A stretch of DNA of 64,000 bases from Eledone cirrhosa (GCA_964016885.1 OZ024742.1:96596001-96660000), one strand, 5' to 3'. Counted from the first letter of the stretch, positions 1 through 14,550 are shown. The notes: generated from the sequence alone by a model not told the origin. Translations and numbers: made by a program.

Positions 1-270
1 AATAATGATATGGGGTTCAGTAGATTCATAGTTTACTAAGGTAGGTACCAAAATCAACACTGTATGCTAAGGCCATGTGTATATATTAAAAACAAAGAGA
101 GGTTTCACATTATCGTCTTTATTGATTATACATAGTTTTGACCATTTCACAGGCAGGTGGCTCAGGATTTATATTAATTCTATAGACCTAACTCCAGCCC
201 AATCTGCTCATCAGACTTGTTAATCAATCAAAGCCAAAATCTCATCTAACTGTATTCCATACCAGATGAT

Positions 271-1815
271 GTGGAAAAAGCCTTTGACAGAGTCCCCTGT
301 GTTATAATCTGGTGGGCTCTTAGAAAGTTAGGAGTAGATGAATGGCTTGTGAAAGCTGTAAAAGCCATGTATAGGGGAGCAGTCAGCAAAGTTAGGGTTA
401 TTAATGACTATAGCGAGGAATTTAGCATACAGGTCAGTGTCCACCAGGGCTCTGTTCTTAGCCCTGTCCTGTTCATTATAGTTTTTCAGGCAATAACGGA
501 GGAGTTTAAGACCTGATGCCTATGGGAACTATTATATGCGGTTGATCTCGCCATTATATATCCATGGTGGAACTAGAGAAGAAATTCCAAACATGGAAGC
601 AGGGACTAGAAAGAAAGGGTCTCAAAGTCAACCTGAAAAAGACTAAGGTTCTTGTAAGTAGATGAGAAAACAGAACCCAGATTCACTCAGGAAAATGGTC
701 TTGCTCAGTATGTAGGAAAGGTGTAGGTAGGAACTCCATCCTCTGTCCCATATGCAAACAATGGGTTCACAAGATATGTAGTGGGAACTCAGGAAGTTTA
801 ACTAAGAATGTAGGTTCATATGTAGCAGCTGCGCTGGGACAGCATACAGCAAATGACCACAGGATACAAGCACCACCAATCTCTGGGAGGGCTCTGTAGA
901 AACAGTAGACAGCTTCTGCTACCTAGGTGACCGAATTAGCAGCGGAGGTGGGTGTTCGGAAAGTACAATAACTAGGGTAAGAATGGGATGGAAGAAGTTC
1001 AGGGAGCTACTGCCACTGCTAGCTGCAAAAGGCTTTTCCCTCAAAATGAAAGGCAGACTCTATGATGCGTGTATACGAACAGCAATGTTACATGGTAGTG
1101 AAACCTTGGCGCTGTCTGTAGAAGACTTGCGCAGATTAGAAAGAAACGAAGCTTGCATGCTCCGATGGATGTGTAATAGTAATGGACGTGAACAGCAAAG
1201 CATAAACGCATTGAGAGAGAGACTGAGCATAAGAGGAATCAAATGCTGTGTGCAGGAGAGGAGGTTAAGTTGGTATGGACGTGTGATGCGTATGAAGGAT
1301 GAGAGCTGCATAAAAAGGTCCAGAGCACTAGAGGTTGATGGAAGCCGTAGAGTGGGGAGACCCAACATGACCTGGGATGAGGTGATGAAAGCTGACCTTA
1401 TCTAATTGCACCTCTCAGGGGCAATGACACACGACTGTGACCTCTGGCGTCATGCAGTAATACAGAAGACCTGACTTCCCACAGGAACAAGCCGAAGCTG
1501 AAGCATATAGGCAATATGAACCCCCCCCCCCACTGCAAAGTGGTCGTGGAGGTGCCACGTCAAAAAAAATCATCCAGCCCACACTGTAAAGTGGACGTGT
1601 AGGCGCCGCCACGGGAAAAAAGCACCCAGCACTCACTGTAAATGAGGTTGGTGTTAGGAAGCGCATCCAGCTGTAGAAATCAAGCCAGAATCAGTTCCTG
1701 TTTGAGCAAGACAAGGTCAGCCGACTGGACACTGCCCACAACAGGACAACCCGTCTAACCCATGCTAGAGTTGAAGAGCGAATGTAAAACAGTAATGATG
1801 ATGATGATGATGATG
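271..1815 (+). mobile_element. RTE-clade LINE, 5'-truncated and decayed (RT domain, C-terminus, 3'UTR, (GAT)n tail)
   Basis: Motifs EKAFDRVP, VHQGSVLSPVLFIIV, ELLYA(D)D-like, FCYLGD, RRLSWYGRVMRM and GRPNMTWDEV occur with stops and frameshifts. The tail is 'cccatgctag...gtaaaac(gat)n'. Confidence 0.92.
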
Positions 1816-1906
1816 TACACACATCACCAATTATTGGTAATTGACCGATTAGCATGCACACGATGAGACACTCACCGAACCATGCATGCACTCACACACA
1901 AATAAA

Positions 1907-1982
<76 letters not shown>

Positions 1983-2030
1983 GGTGATGATGATGATAAT
2001 GATATATATACGTATAAATATATATATACG

Positions 2031-2072
<42 letters not shown>

Positions 2073-2122
2073 TTTATTAAAATAACAGATTAAAGTTTAA
2101 GCAAAGAATTTATTATTATTAC

Positions 2123-2198
<76 letters not shown>

Positions 2199-2239
2199 CA
2201 CATATATATATATAGCAATGTTGCACATGTATAAATAAA

Positions 2240-2480
2240 TATAAATATGTAGGACATATGTACTTCCTCTTCAGCCGACTCTGGATAATGCAATTTCCCA
2301 CATAAGGGTGGTATTGCATATGGTGGTATTGTAAGGTATGCAGATCTACATATAAGCTAAAATGTCCTCTCAACATGGAAAAGTACAGGCCTGTATTCTT
2401 CATCTGCCTCTAAATTGGTCTCAGCCCCCATACACATATCACACTGCACCCACACATGGTTAAATACAATAAGCTGTATA
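2240..2480 (-). mobile_element. Degenerate Penelope-like GIY-YIG endonuclease relic
   Basis: Minus frames give LLYLTMCGC..W..ETNL..RQMK..LYVDLH, resembling PLE endonuclease (LIY..TC.GC..YIGET..LR.RM). It runs into a (TA)n tract. Confidence 0.35.
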
Positions 2481-2809
2481 AATAATATACACATGAATAA
2501 CACATACACCTTTAACAACGCACAATCATACACCACCTATATTAATAATATATTCATAAATACACACACAAGTACACAAATATACAGCATATCAATATTT
2601 AACAATACGCTATGCCTTAATAGCAACTCACATTTACTCCAATAATCCATAATTATACATAAGAAAATACACACATACACATACACACAATGCAGACACT
2701 TTAACAATTACATTCATAATTACATGAAAAAATATAAACTTACAGATACAAGAGTTACTACCCCTTGAATAACAAAAACATCAAATTTATTATTACATTA
2801 TTATCCCTC

Positions 2810-2946
2810 TTGCACCTGACGAGATCTCATGTATAATGTTAGTCATCTTGCTGCCTGAAACATGAATAACACTAACAGATACTAGCAGATACACTGACTC
2901 TGCTACCTAAGCTAGAGTAAGCTTTGAAACCTTAGGTAGCATGCAA
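2810..2946 (+). ncRNA. Degenerate type I hammerhead-like motif with long stem II insert
   Basis: TTGCAC-CTGACGA(2816-2822)...GAAAC(2926-2930)-CTTAG-GTA-GCATGCAA. Stem III is ACCT/AGGT and stem I is TTGCA/TGCAA with a bulge. Confidence 0.35.
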
Positions 2947-3282
2947 CTGTGTTGAGAAGTTATTTAGGATAATGATGATGATGATGATGATGATAATAAT
3001 TGTTTCTACTTTTGGTACAAGGCCAGCATTTTTTTTGGAGGGGAAAGTTGATTAAATCGACCCCAATCAATACTGGTACTTTATTTTATCAATCCCGTAA
3101 GGAGGAAAAGCAAAGCTAACGATATATATTAAAACAATATATTCCTAATGTAATGTAAGTATTGTTATATTTGGGGAGGGTCATGTTGTTATAATATTGC
3201 CAGAAATAATATCTTCCTTGTTCTGCTATGTTCTATGTTATCTATTTGCAAGATATTAAAAATAGTGTATCCATAACGATCT

Positions 3283-3397
3283 GATTTCAAATCCCGCCGA
3301 GGTTAACTTTGCCTTTCATCCTTACGGGGTCGATAAAATAAAGTACCAGTAATGTACTGGGTAATTTCTGGCCTAGTGCCATATGTAGAAACAATTA
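3283..3397 (+). mobile_element. tRNA-derived SINE, 5'-truncated
   Basis: B-box-like 'gatttcaaatccc', core 'gcctttcatccttacggggtcgataaaataaagtaccag', 3' end 'gtagaaacaattat'. Confidence 0.85.
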
Positions 3398-4759
3398 TCT
3401 GATATAAGTGCTCTTTGATTTTGGTATTTTCACACCAAATTTACATTGAGTGGTTATGGAGCAGCAAGTCAATATTTTGTATAAGAATATGAATTCTTTT
3501 TTTATATTTCTATGCCCGATTTTTCAATATATTGTTAGAGTTACTTTATGGTGTGTGAGTGAGCTATTTTTAGCATTCCTCCCTGCCTATCACTGTTCAC
3601 AACTGTCATGGTTATTGTCCCTGCCACCATAACAATGTAAGAGATTTTGTCTCAACTAAAACTTAATTATGGACAGTTAATATCTCGTCTAATTAAGTTG
3701 ATGACCTATTGATGAGGGTTGGCTTCTTAATATTACTAATTATCTATTTAATTATGGTAATTGTTCAGTTTTTTCAATATTATTAATGTAATGTAAGTAA
3801 TATTTTTAATGTTCTGGTTGGTTCTATGTTATTTATTTGCAAGATATTAAAAATGTTATAACCATAACATTATCTATCATAAGTGTGCCCAGTTTTTGGA
3901 ATTTTTGTGCCAGATTTACATTGACCAGCAAATCAATATTTTGTAGATTGATAACTTGTAGTATGACAACAAATAACAGTGTGTGATGTTCACTGTGGCT
4001 AACCCCAGATATGGAAACTACACCAAAATATGGAATATGAGAAATGAAGCAATGATGCACCCAGTAAAATCTGTAAAGTGGTAGTGCTGGTACCATTATA
4101 AAATGCACCCAGTCATCATCATCAACACCATTTAATGTCCATTTTTCCATGGTAGCATGGGTTAAATGAGTTATTCCCTTTGTGAGACAAGCTAGATCAG
4201 ATGAATGTATCTTCCTCATACAGAACTATTTTTAGCTTGGTTTCTATGACTGGATGGCCTTCCTAATGTCCACCACATTTACAGTGTCTTGTCACGACAC
4301 CTACATGGCTACTTTACAGTGTAGACTGGACACTTTTTGTTGTGACTACTATATGACTACTTTGCAGTTTGGACTGGGCACTTTTTGTTGTGGTATCAAA
4401 ACAACCACATTACAGTGTGGAATGAGGTCTGGGGAGGTACGTGGGTATTGGAGAAGTATATCTAGGCTGGGACACTTGTGTGAAGGGTGGGTGTGTAGGG
4501 ATGTGGATGAAGTTTGGGGTGCTAGGACATGGGTGAGTTGTTAAAATGTGGAGGTATACGGAAGGGGAGTGGAAGGCAAGGCATACAAGATGTATGCTTC
4601 AACCCATGCTCATGGGAAGGAAGTTCTTCTATATTACTGCATAATTCCAGAGATTTTGATCTTGTGTCATCACCTCCGAGAGTTGCATTTCTAAAAGGTC
4701 AACTTTTATCACCTCATCCCAAATCTTTCATCAATTTTGAATGCACTGTAACTTGTTAT

Positions 4760-5030
4760 ACAGCTTTCATCCTTCAAACACATCACATTTCCACACCGAT
4801 GCAGTTGCCTCTCCTGCCCACTGCATCTGATCCCTCTTATGCCCAGATTCTCTCTCAGTTCATTTATGCTTCACTGTTCAGGTATATTACTATTACTCAT
4901 CCATCGAAGCAAGCCAGCTTCATTTCTTTTCTATCTTCGCAAATCCGCTGCACACAGTGCCCAGGTATCATTACCATGCAACAGTTTTGTTTCTATACAT
5001 GCATCATACAATCTGACCTTCATACCAGCT
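4760..5030 (-). mobile_element. RTE LINE C-terminal fragment
   Basis: Reverse complement of the RLYDACI..LLHGN.TWA..RRLERNEA.LLRWM region also seen at 1050-1300. Confidence 0.75.
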
Positions 5031-5223
5031 ATAAAGTGGTTGGGATGAGGAAGAGCTTTCAGTTGTAGAAACCATGCCAAAATATTGAGAAATTGTTTCT
5101 AACCTATCCAGTTTTGGACCATGATAATTCTTACAAAAACCATGCCTGCAGAGAAAGCAGACATAAAAATGATGATGATGAGGAAGTGGAGGATCTATAT
5201 ATGTACAAAGCTAGTTAATTTAA

Positions 5224-5262
5224 AAGAGTTATTAGCGTGTTAGATACACGCTAATAACTCTT
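5224..5262. repeat. Perfect 17-bp-arm hairpin
   Basis: aagagttattagcgtgt-tagat-acacgctaataactctt. Confidence 0.9.
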
Positions 5263-6384
5263 CAAAGTTACACTTCACCTTTTATATTTTTGGAGTCACT
5301 AAAGACAGAAACAGTTCAGTGCTGGTACAGTCTTTTCTTTCTATGGATATTGCAAAAGCATGGTGCTTAATACCAATTCATACTCGATTGCCTGTGATGG
5401 CTTTAGTTATATATGAACACATATACATAACATATATGACCAAATAACTGCATTTATATATATATATATAAATGTGATTGGGTGTGTATATTCATTTGTA
5501 TGCAGTGTTATATATGTGGCCAAAAAATAAAAAAATGTGATTGCTTTGAAAGATTAAAAATTTCTTATTAAATCACTCTTTAGAAGAACATGCTGGAATT
5601 GCCCAAGCAGACACTATTCAACATTGGAAATCTACTGAATAAAGCAGCCTTTAATAAACAAGATTTTATTAAGAATTTAATAAGTTATATGTCACAGTCT
5701 ATTCAGTAATACCCAGTACTAGTTTATAGTTAAACTACAAACAATTTATTATACACTCCAAAAATCACTAAAAGAAAAATTCCATGCTTTTGGGAATGTT
5801 CATGTTTCATTGTATGTGTTAAAAGAATGTAACACCTGATTATATATATATATGTGTGTGTGTGTCTGTGCATGTGTGTGTGCGTGTGCGTGTGTATGTA
5901 TCTATGTGTTTATTCATAGGTTTGGGTGTGCAAGCAGAGAAACAAAATTTAGTATAGGAGTAGAATGATATCATCATCATCATCATCATCATTATGTCTG
6001 TTTTCGATGCTGGTATGTGTTGGACAGTTGGTCTTGGTATGAGACATGGCAGATAAGAGGACCATATTTTGTTTACACAATCCATTTTGTCATAGTCTCT
6101 ACAGTTTAATGCCAATCACTTTACAGTGTGTACTTGGTGAATTTTATCATGGCATCATTGGAGTAATCATTGTGTTCTGAGAGTAGGAGGAAGGGAGAGA
6201 GGGGAACAGAGAGAGGGAGAGGGGAAGAGAGTGAGAGGCAGTAATAAGAGAGGGGATAATAATGTGACAGATGTGTCACTACAAGGTGAGCAATATTAGC
6301 TATATGGTAGGTACTGAAAATACATATCTTATGTTAGTTGTGGATCTATACCTTTGGTATAATGTCACAGTGATAATAATAATA

Positions 6385-6790
6385 ATAATTGTTTCTACTT
6401 TTGGCACAAGGCTAGCAATTATCCCAGTGCATTACTGGTACTTTATTTCATTGAACCCCTTAAGGATGAAAAGCAAAGTTAACCTCGGTGTGATTTGAAC
6501 TCAGACCGTAAAGGGCCATGACTCCATGTTACAAAGAATGGCATCTGACCCTCTACCGATACTGCCAATTCACCTCCCAGGTAATGGTTTCTGATTTAGG
6601 CACAAGGCCACCAATTTGGAGGTAGGAGAAAGTCAATCATATTGACACCAGTTTGTTACTAGTACCTTATTTTATCGACCCCATAAGGACGAAAGGAAAA
6701 TCTAACCTTGGCAGGATTTGAACTCAGAATGTAAAGGGCCATAATTATATGCTGCAAAGCATGTTGGTTGATGCTCTACCAATGGTGCTA
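6385..6790 (-). mobile_element. Two tandem copies of the tRNA-derived SINE
   Basis: Reverse complement of the SINE at about 6385-6575 and 6585-6790 ('ggatgaaa..caaag..aacct.gg..gatttgaactcaga'). Confidence 0.8.
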
Positions 6791-8433
6791 AATAATCATA
6801 ATGAAATTTTCCATATTAACCACAAGGGTTTACATAAAGATTGAGGATGGTACAGTGTGAGTTTATGTAAAGACCTACCATCTTAATTTTATGTAAAATC
6901 TATAATATTATGTTTCAGACATCAGAAGAAAAAAATGAGAAAGTTAGTCATATTACTAAACTCGTCCATATTCTTGATGATTTTCTAATCGATTTGAAAA
7001 TCATAGAAAGTTCTTTGATTAGAAATATGGTAGCAAAATGGTTAAAGAAAATCTAGCAGCTATTTTTAAGATTCAAATCTCTATGTAGTCTCCTACAATG
7101 TGTTACCGAGAGATTCCCTCATTAGCTCAAGATATGATGACAGTATTCATATAAATTCATATGTAAATAAACACATAAACTTAAACACATGCACACACAA
7201 ACACACATACAGCCATATATCTATGCAAAAAATCAAGAAGGAAAAATGAACACTTAGTGCACCCTAAAATATAAAAGTGTTGACACCACTGTATATTCAA
7301 ACCAATGCACCCTGTAAAGTGGTAGGGCTAGAACTATGAAAAAACACATCCGGTTTACTCTATAAAAAGGGTGCCAAATACAGAAGATGAGAGTCAAGGC
7401 AGTGTTCTCTGTCATGTCTAGTCTCAAACCATAGTAGTTCATACAACCTATGCCAGCATAGAAAGCAGATGCAAAATTAATACTGATAGTGATTATAATA
7501 ATGATCTTATTGTAAGCAAAAGATGAATGAATGGTAGTCTTTGGCATTATTAACCTAAAACTGTTAGTCTGGCCTTTTCACACAACACCCCCAGCCCCAA
7601 CACACTCATCAACACTATATTACATAATAGACAGACATATGGATTATACAAGCTGCAGTGAAAGCCCTGTTGTATTTGTTCTGACAGATGATATATTTCA
7701 TGGACAACATGGCAAGACTGTGTAGGTCAGGTGTTATATTATCAATGCAAACAACCGTGATAAGGTTAAAACACTGTTTCAACTAATATGTAAAGTGTTC
7801 TGTCTGCTCAGATAATCTATGGTACATCTGATTGGCTGCTAACTGGAATGGATAAATAGTCCAAAACTGAAGAAAGTCTTGTTGCATATGTGCTTGTGTG
7901 AGTGAATGTGTGTGTGCTCTTGTTTATTTGAGTCAATGTGTGTGCTTGTGTGAATCAATGTATGTGCTTATGTGAGTCTCTGTGCATGTGTGAGCCTTTG
8001 TATGTGCTTGTGTGAGAGTGACCATTTGTGATTCTGTGTGTATGTAAGTGTGTGCATGGAAGTCTGTTTATATAAGTGTGGCCATGTTTGATATTATGTC
8101 TGTGCGGCCAGGTGTGATTCATTGTGTGTGTGCGTGTGGCCTTTTTGTGATTCTGAGTGTGTGTTTGTGTGTAGCAATGTGAGTAACTATATATGTGAGT
8201 GTAGCTATGTGTAAACCTGTGTGTGTGGTTGAACAATTTTGAGTGTGTGTGTATATGTAGATGATTGTAGATGTATATTGTGATATATATATATTTAGGG
8301 GAAAAGTAATGGGATGTTTTTGGCAGGAGGGTAAAGATACCTCAGATATATAGCAGCAACAAGATAATTAACAATATGGTTACATCGTCCTACATATGTA
8401 TGTATATGGGTATATAGACGTATACGTACATGT

Positions 8434-8468
<35 letters not shown>

Positions 8469-8643
8469 TATTCAAACCCACTCATGTATACATATATATA
8501 TATGTGTGTGTGTATTCGTGTCTATGTGTGTGTGTGTGTGTATACTTGCACATGTTTTCATGTAGACAGGTATGAATATGAATTTATATATGCATATCTA
8601 AACATATGGTAATTTCTATCTAGCTATCTAGGTATATATATAT

Positions 8644-8812
<169 letters not shown>

Positions 8813-9486
8813 CACACACCCACTGACATAATTGTATGTATCATTATTTATAGACAGAATAGACAGAGGTACAGTACATAATTCTTATGGTATACCAACT
8901 GTTATGGAAGATATCAGATTATGAAAATTATTCATGGTGTAATGGAAGATAACATAGAGAGCCACCAACATACACACACATATACACACACATATACACA
9001 CTCATATCTATAATGCAATGTCATATATATACTAATACACACAGATATACCTTTAAACACTCATACACACAAAAAACATTCATATATGTATACACATATA
9101 TCAAACATTCACATATACAAATACATATCTACTCATACACACATAAACACACATATGCACACATATATACACACACATATATACATACACGCACTCACAC
9201 ACACACATAAACACACACATATACATGCACACACTCACACACATATCTACAGACTACATAGACTCAAACACACACACAAAGATCTCTATACACATAAAAA
9301 CACTCACGTTCACATACACCTGACACATCATGTATATACATCATTTTGACTATTTCCATTTAGGTATGTATAATTTATCACATATATAGCTTATAACATA
9401 TATACACATTTACTTATATATTAATATATTTAAGTTTATGGTACAGTTTAGAAATACTTTCCGTTGTTTTTTATATATATATATAC

Positions 9487-10170
9487 ACGCGAGGACCAAA
9501 AACGTGAGGTGTTCAGGATTGATAGACAACGTGTCAAGGAAAACCGTGATATTGTCGGGGAGAAGTGTGTCTGTAATGATGATGGTATACTTGCCATCAC
9601 TGATACTGATAAGAAAGTAGCTTGGATAAAAAAGTGCAGGGCGATCAAAATAGATGGAAGCTACAGAGTTGGCAGACCCAGAAAAACCTGGGACGATTTG
9701 ATAAATTGCGTCCTTACACACTTACACCTCTCCAAGACAATGTCACTGGACCAATATCTTTGGCGCTACACAGTAATACATAAGACCCGCCTTGCCTAAG
9801 TAAAAAGCGAAACCTACAGTCAGTAGGCACCTCCTAACCACAAATACACCCCCATCTTCACCACCCCTTTCTCTGTAAAGTTATGTTGGTGCCACAACAT
9901 CCAGTCCTAAATAAATGAGGTCGTGTAGGTGTCATGACAAAAAAACACACAGTCCACGCTGTAATCTGGCCGTGTAGGTAACACGGTAAAAACCTCCCAG
10001 TCCACACTGTAAACGTGGTTGGTGTTAGGAAGGGCATCCAGCCATAGAAAACCCGCCAGACAGTCCTATGCGAGAAAGACAACCAATCTTATCTCACGTG
10101 GGACAATTCCCGTCTAAATCGATGCTAGTGTGGAAGATAGACGTTAAACAATGATGATGATGGTGATGAC
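9487..10170 (+). mobile_element. RTE LINE with large internal deletion, 3'UTR and (GAT)n tail
   Basis: The pre-RT linker REDQKREVFRI..ENRDIVGEKCV.NDDG.LA..DKKVAW is joined directly to the C-terminal IKKCR..GRPRKTW. The 3'UTR matches 1450-1815. Confidence 0.85.
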
Positions 10171-11972
10171 ATTTTTTTTCATTGAATAAATATACTTACA
10201 TATTCATACAAAACCACACAAACACATACACATAAACAGAGCGGTTGACTTAAGAATCATTGGCAAAATTTAAAATGTTTGCATCGCAGACCATAATAAT
10301 AGTTGATCCCTATAAATAATATTTGAGAAACTTGGTTAAAATGGTCCTGCAGATGGAAAAAAAGGAGCAGAGGTGTCTGCAAGTAATCAAACCATGCCTC
10401 TGTTGGATGATGGTCAATTCATTAACCACTATGGTAAAGAACCACTGGCCACTAATTCCATCTCTTTAGAAGATTTTAGGCCTGTAGCAGTTGGTTTAAG
10501 AAGCCTTGGGAAAATTTGAAAAGAGGAGGAGGAGGATGAGGAGGAGGAGGAGGAGAAGAAGAAGAAGAAGAAGAAGAAGAAGAAGAAGAAGAAGAAGAAG
10601 AAGAAGAAGAATGACTTTAACAGAGTACCACAATATCTCATTTTGAAGAACCTAAAAGAAACTAGGTGTAAAACGATATCTTGTAAGAGCAATGCAAGCT
10701 ATTTACAGAGAAGCTATCAGTAGGTCGTGAGTAGGTAATGAGTTTAGTGAGGAATTCAATGTACAGGTCAGTGTTCATCAGCCCACTTCTGTTATTATAA
10801 CAAAAAAGTTAAAGGCATGTTGTCCATGGAAACTTATGTGTACCAACGATATGGTTCCTATAACCAATTCAGTGGAAGAGTGAGAAAAACAATTCTTACT
10901 TTGGAAACAGAACTTTAAAATAAAAACTTGGAGATTTATCAACAGATGTTGCATCAAGCATTGTCCCTTGATATAATTTATCTAACAAAATAACAAAATC
11001 GTTTGTAATTAAATTGTAAAGGAGCCAATATAAAAAAATAAATTAAACCTCTTTTGTGTATATTTCTTATATGCAGGTAATATGAGAAAAGCAGAAGTTT
11101 TACTATTAAGAGATGGTCACTCTAACTTTGTTTTAACAAATATATTTATGTGGACCCATATAAAATAGGTTCATATATAATTATATCAACTCAAGTACTT
11201 TAGTGGTAATTTATTTCCTCGACCTTGGAAAGTTGAGAGGTAAAGCTGACCTTGGGAACATATAGACTTAATGTGAGCATTTTCAGCTATGGTCAAATTA
11301 CAGCTATCTCAGTGTCCAGTGTAAGAACATTGTATACATATATTACAGGATTTTTATCCATCTCCAGCTGGCACTTACTTACGCTGAGATACTCATTGTA
11401 AAGTCTTATAGATGTTACAAACAATTTAGTTTTTTTGACAGCTTATTTACATATAGTGCAAGCTTGATGGGATAGTATTACTTAGCAATAAACACTAACA
11501 CAGCATGATTTTAAATAAAAAATTATATGGATGCATATACAATATGTTTCTGCATAATAAACACATATACAGTCTAGGATCTAAGACCAGCACATTGTGA
11601 AACAAAAAAAAATGAAATGTCTTCCAAGGGTTATTCAACAATGTTTACCTTAACATGAGAGTCGATTTTTTTCAACTGCTACCACCAAACTTTGAAAGCT
11701 TCGTTATGAAACTGGAAGGAGTGAAGACAACCAGAGGATTGACATTATCCTGGACAAATCTACCACAATGGATTGGTCTTCAAAAGTTATCACCATACAA
11801 CAGTCTAATTAAAGTTACTTCCTCTGTCATGGAAATGAAAATTGACCTCTTTTGCACAGAACCCAACTAGCTCAATAATACTTCTGTTCTCACTACAACC
11901 ATCCACGAGTTTAAAATCTTATTTAGGTGAAACATGTGTTCTCATGTATGGTTTGGTAATTGTTGTTGAATT

Positions 11973-12043
<71 letters not shown>

Positions 12044-12573
12044 AGACTCCCTTCAGTCATGAATGAGCATGGGTTTTACACCTAGAAAGTTCACCTTCAC
12101 TGCTCAAGATTGGGCAAGGTGTTTTCTATTGAAGCCCAGCAGTCTTTGATGCATATCCTTTTCCCATATCTGCACCATTGATATGGTCCAATACAGCTTG
12201 GGAACTAATTTCTACAGCAGAGGGAATTAGAACTTTATTACTTTTTTAAAAAACCAAGCAATTCGAGTAACTCTTTCCAGATAAAACAGAAAGAACCTTC
12301 GAACACAAACACGATGCGAGACAAACCACAAAAGAAACGAAAACCCTCCTTCTCAATTTTAATTTTGAAAAGCATAAGAACTGTGAAACCAGTAAAGTAA
12401 ATAAATACTCTTAAAAGACTCCAGTAGCATTTTCAATTTCTTTTTCTTATACTTTCACCCATGTATGACATCTCGTTTTTTCTTTTGTCTTTTTTTATAA
12501 AAAGAACTCATTTTCTTATATGTATTATATATATATTTTTTTTTAGGACTCAATCGACTTTCGTCAAATTTCA

Positions 12574-12624
<51 letters not shown>

Positions 12625-12689
12625 CCCATGCTAGTGTGGAAGAACAGCCGTAAAACGATAATGAGGAAAATTATGAATATATAAATGAA

Positions 12690-13075
12690 GCAAGCATGCT
12701 CCGTTGGATATGCTCAATGTCAATGTGCATGAATGACCAAGCATAGATGAGTTGAGAGAGAAACTGGGTATAAGAGGGATAAGTTGTGGTGTCCAGGAGA
12801 GAAGATTGTGATAGTATGGATATGTGATGCACATAGAGGATAACCACTGGGTAAAGAAGTGCCAAGAAATCCCAGTAGAAGGAAGAGGCATTCGAGAAAG
12901 ACCACGAAAAACATGGGTAGCGTTGGTGATAGCAGACCTCAGATCGCTGAAACTCACGAAGGAGATGACGAAGGACCGTGACAAATGGAGAGATGCTGTG
13001 CTGAATAGGACCCATCCCACCCTTGCAAGCAGGGAAAAGTGGACGTAAAATGATGATGGTGATCATGATGATGAT
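12690..13075 (+). mobile_element. RTE LINE 3' fragment
   Basis: MLRWI..LREKLGIRGI..ERRL..YVMHIEDNHWVKKC..RPRKTW, followed by a (GAT)n tail. Confidence 0.85.
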
Positions 13076-13443
13076 ATATATTTATGTATATGTATATATA
13101 TATTTATTCAATTGCAGAAAGCTGGTTGATTAAAAATCTGCCGACTTTTTCATAACATATGTGAAGCACTCCACAGTTTTTATTTACCCAGAATTTTATT
13201 AGAATACACAAGAAAGACGGTTTTATTCATACATCCCCATATATATATGTGTGTGTAAATTTCATTTATCTAAAGATATACAGCATGTTTAATAAATAAA
13301 CATTTTGAAAGACTAGTTAAGAATATAGATATACAAAATTCACATACTTGTATGCATACAGCCATGATGGAGTTAACTTTTAATATATATATATATATAC
13401 GAATATATGGACAATTAATGTCTTGTATAGTTAATTAAGATTA

Positions 13444-13541
13444 GCCCACTGATGAAAGTCTGAATCTTAACATTAATAATTATCCATTTGATTGTGGTGA
13501 TAATTGTGTTCCTTCATGAGCAGAAACAACATTGTCTGAGC
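13444..13541 (+). ncRNA. Type I hammerhead-like motif (degenerate stem II)
   Basis: GCCCA-CTGATGA...GAAAC-AACATT-GTC-TGAGC. Stem III is ACAA/TTGT with a GUC triplet, and stem I pairs 4 of 5. A diverged family copy lies at about 3660-3960. Confidence 0.5.
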
Positions 13542-13750
13542 ATTTATATTGCTAATATAATGTAAGTAATTTTTCATTATCCTAATTAACTATATATTTT
13601 ATATGTTTTTCATGCAAGATATGAGAATTGTACCTATAATTATATCGATGTGAGTTCCAGTTTTTAGAGCATAGTTTGCATTGAGAGGTTATTGTTCAAC
13701 AAGTTGATACTTTTTGCCCGTCCCTTCAATCTATCTTATTTCCCATTTTT

Positions 13751-13786
13751 TCTTCTGATGAAGGACTAGCATCCAAAGCGTTAAGA
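13751..13786 (+). ncRNA. Minimal hammerhead, core-mutated copy
   Basis: TCTT-CTGATGA-A-GGAC-TAGC-ATCC-AAAG-CGTT-AAGA. Same family as 37802-37837 and 55981-56007. Confidence 0.55.
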
Positions 13787-14079
13787 CTCTCTTCCTGCTA
13801 TTTCATGTGTTAACCTAATATATTCCTTCCATTATACTGTACCGATTGTGTTGTTATTTCTGTTTACCTTTTACATACATATATACATATGTGTGTGTGT
13901 GTGCATTACATGTTGCACTTCTGCAGGTTCCATTGACCAAATTTCATTCACAAGGCTATAGTGGATGATATTTTATTAAGGTACAGTGCAGTGAGAGTAA
14001 ACTTGAAACAGTGTGGTTGTAATGTGAACTCTTTAACCATACAGGCATGCCTGTACCTATTTGATGTTTCCTTGATATG

Positions 14080-14400
14080 TTTTAAAAGAATTATTATTTC
14101 TTACAGAGAGAGCTGGGGTATACATCAGCTATTGCTTTGTTTAAAACGTGTCAACTGATACTGTAGGTTAAGTTATTATTTTTCAAACGCTGTATATTTA
14201 TCACTAAACTCTCATTGAATCTTCTTTCTAGTGTTTCTAATCTATATTTATGCTGACTATATCTAAATTTAAATTGGTTTGCTGTCATACCGATGTAATC
14301 TATTCTGTTCTGGTTAATATTGATTGTGACAGTGACTGCATAGATAATTGATTTTTCTTGGCAATTGCCAATTACTAAGCATACACTGTGCATTAGCATA
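14080..14400 (-). mobile_element. Penelope-like element GIY-YIG endonuclease relic
   Basis: ORF 14151-14447 contains GNCQEKSIIYAVTVT..YIGMTANQFKFRYSQHK..IQRLKNNNLTYSI, a PLE-type GIY-YIG signature that is decayed downstream. Confidence 0.8.
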
Positions 14401-14550
14401 GCATTTTGGGGTGCTAATAAAGTTTGTGTTCTGGTAATTAGTATCATTCAATTTTTTTTATTATTATTAATGAATTGTGTGTTAATATAATAGAATTAAT
14501 ATGTTTGTGTGTGTGTATGTAATTATGTACAACTTTCTGTTTCTATATAA

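Noticed and set aside
6919-7056. Plus-strand exon-like segment (tttcag|TSEEKNEKVSHITKLVHILDDFLIDLKIIESSLIRNMVAKWLKKI*) and another at 5584-5705
   Set aside because: They look protein-like, but their phases do not join, no family is recognised, and they oppose the inferred leftward gene. Insufficient support.
11655-11870. 71-aa plus-strand ORF in unique sequence
   Set aside because: No recognisable motif and no convincing splice sites on either strand.
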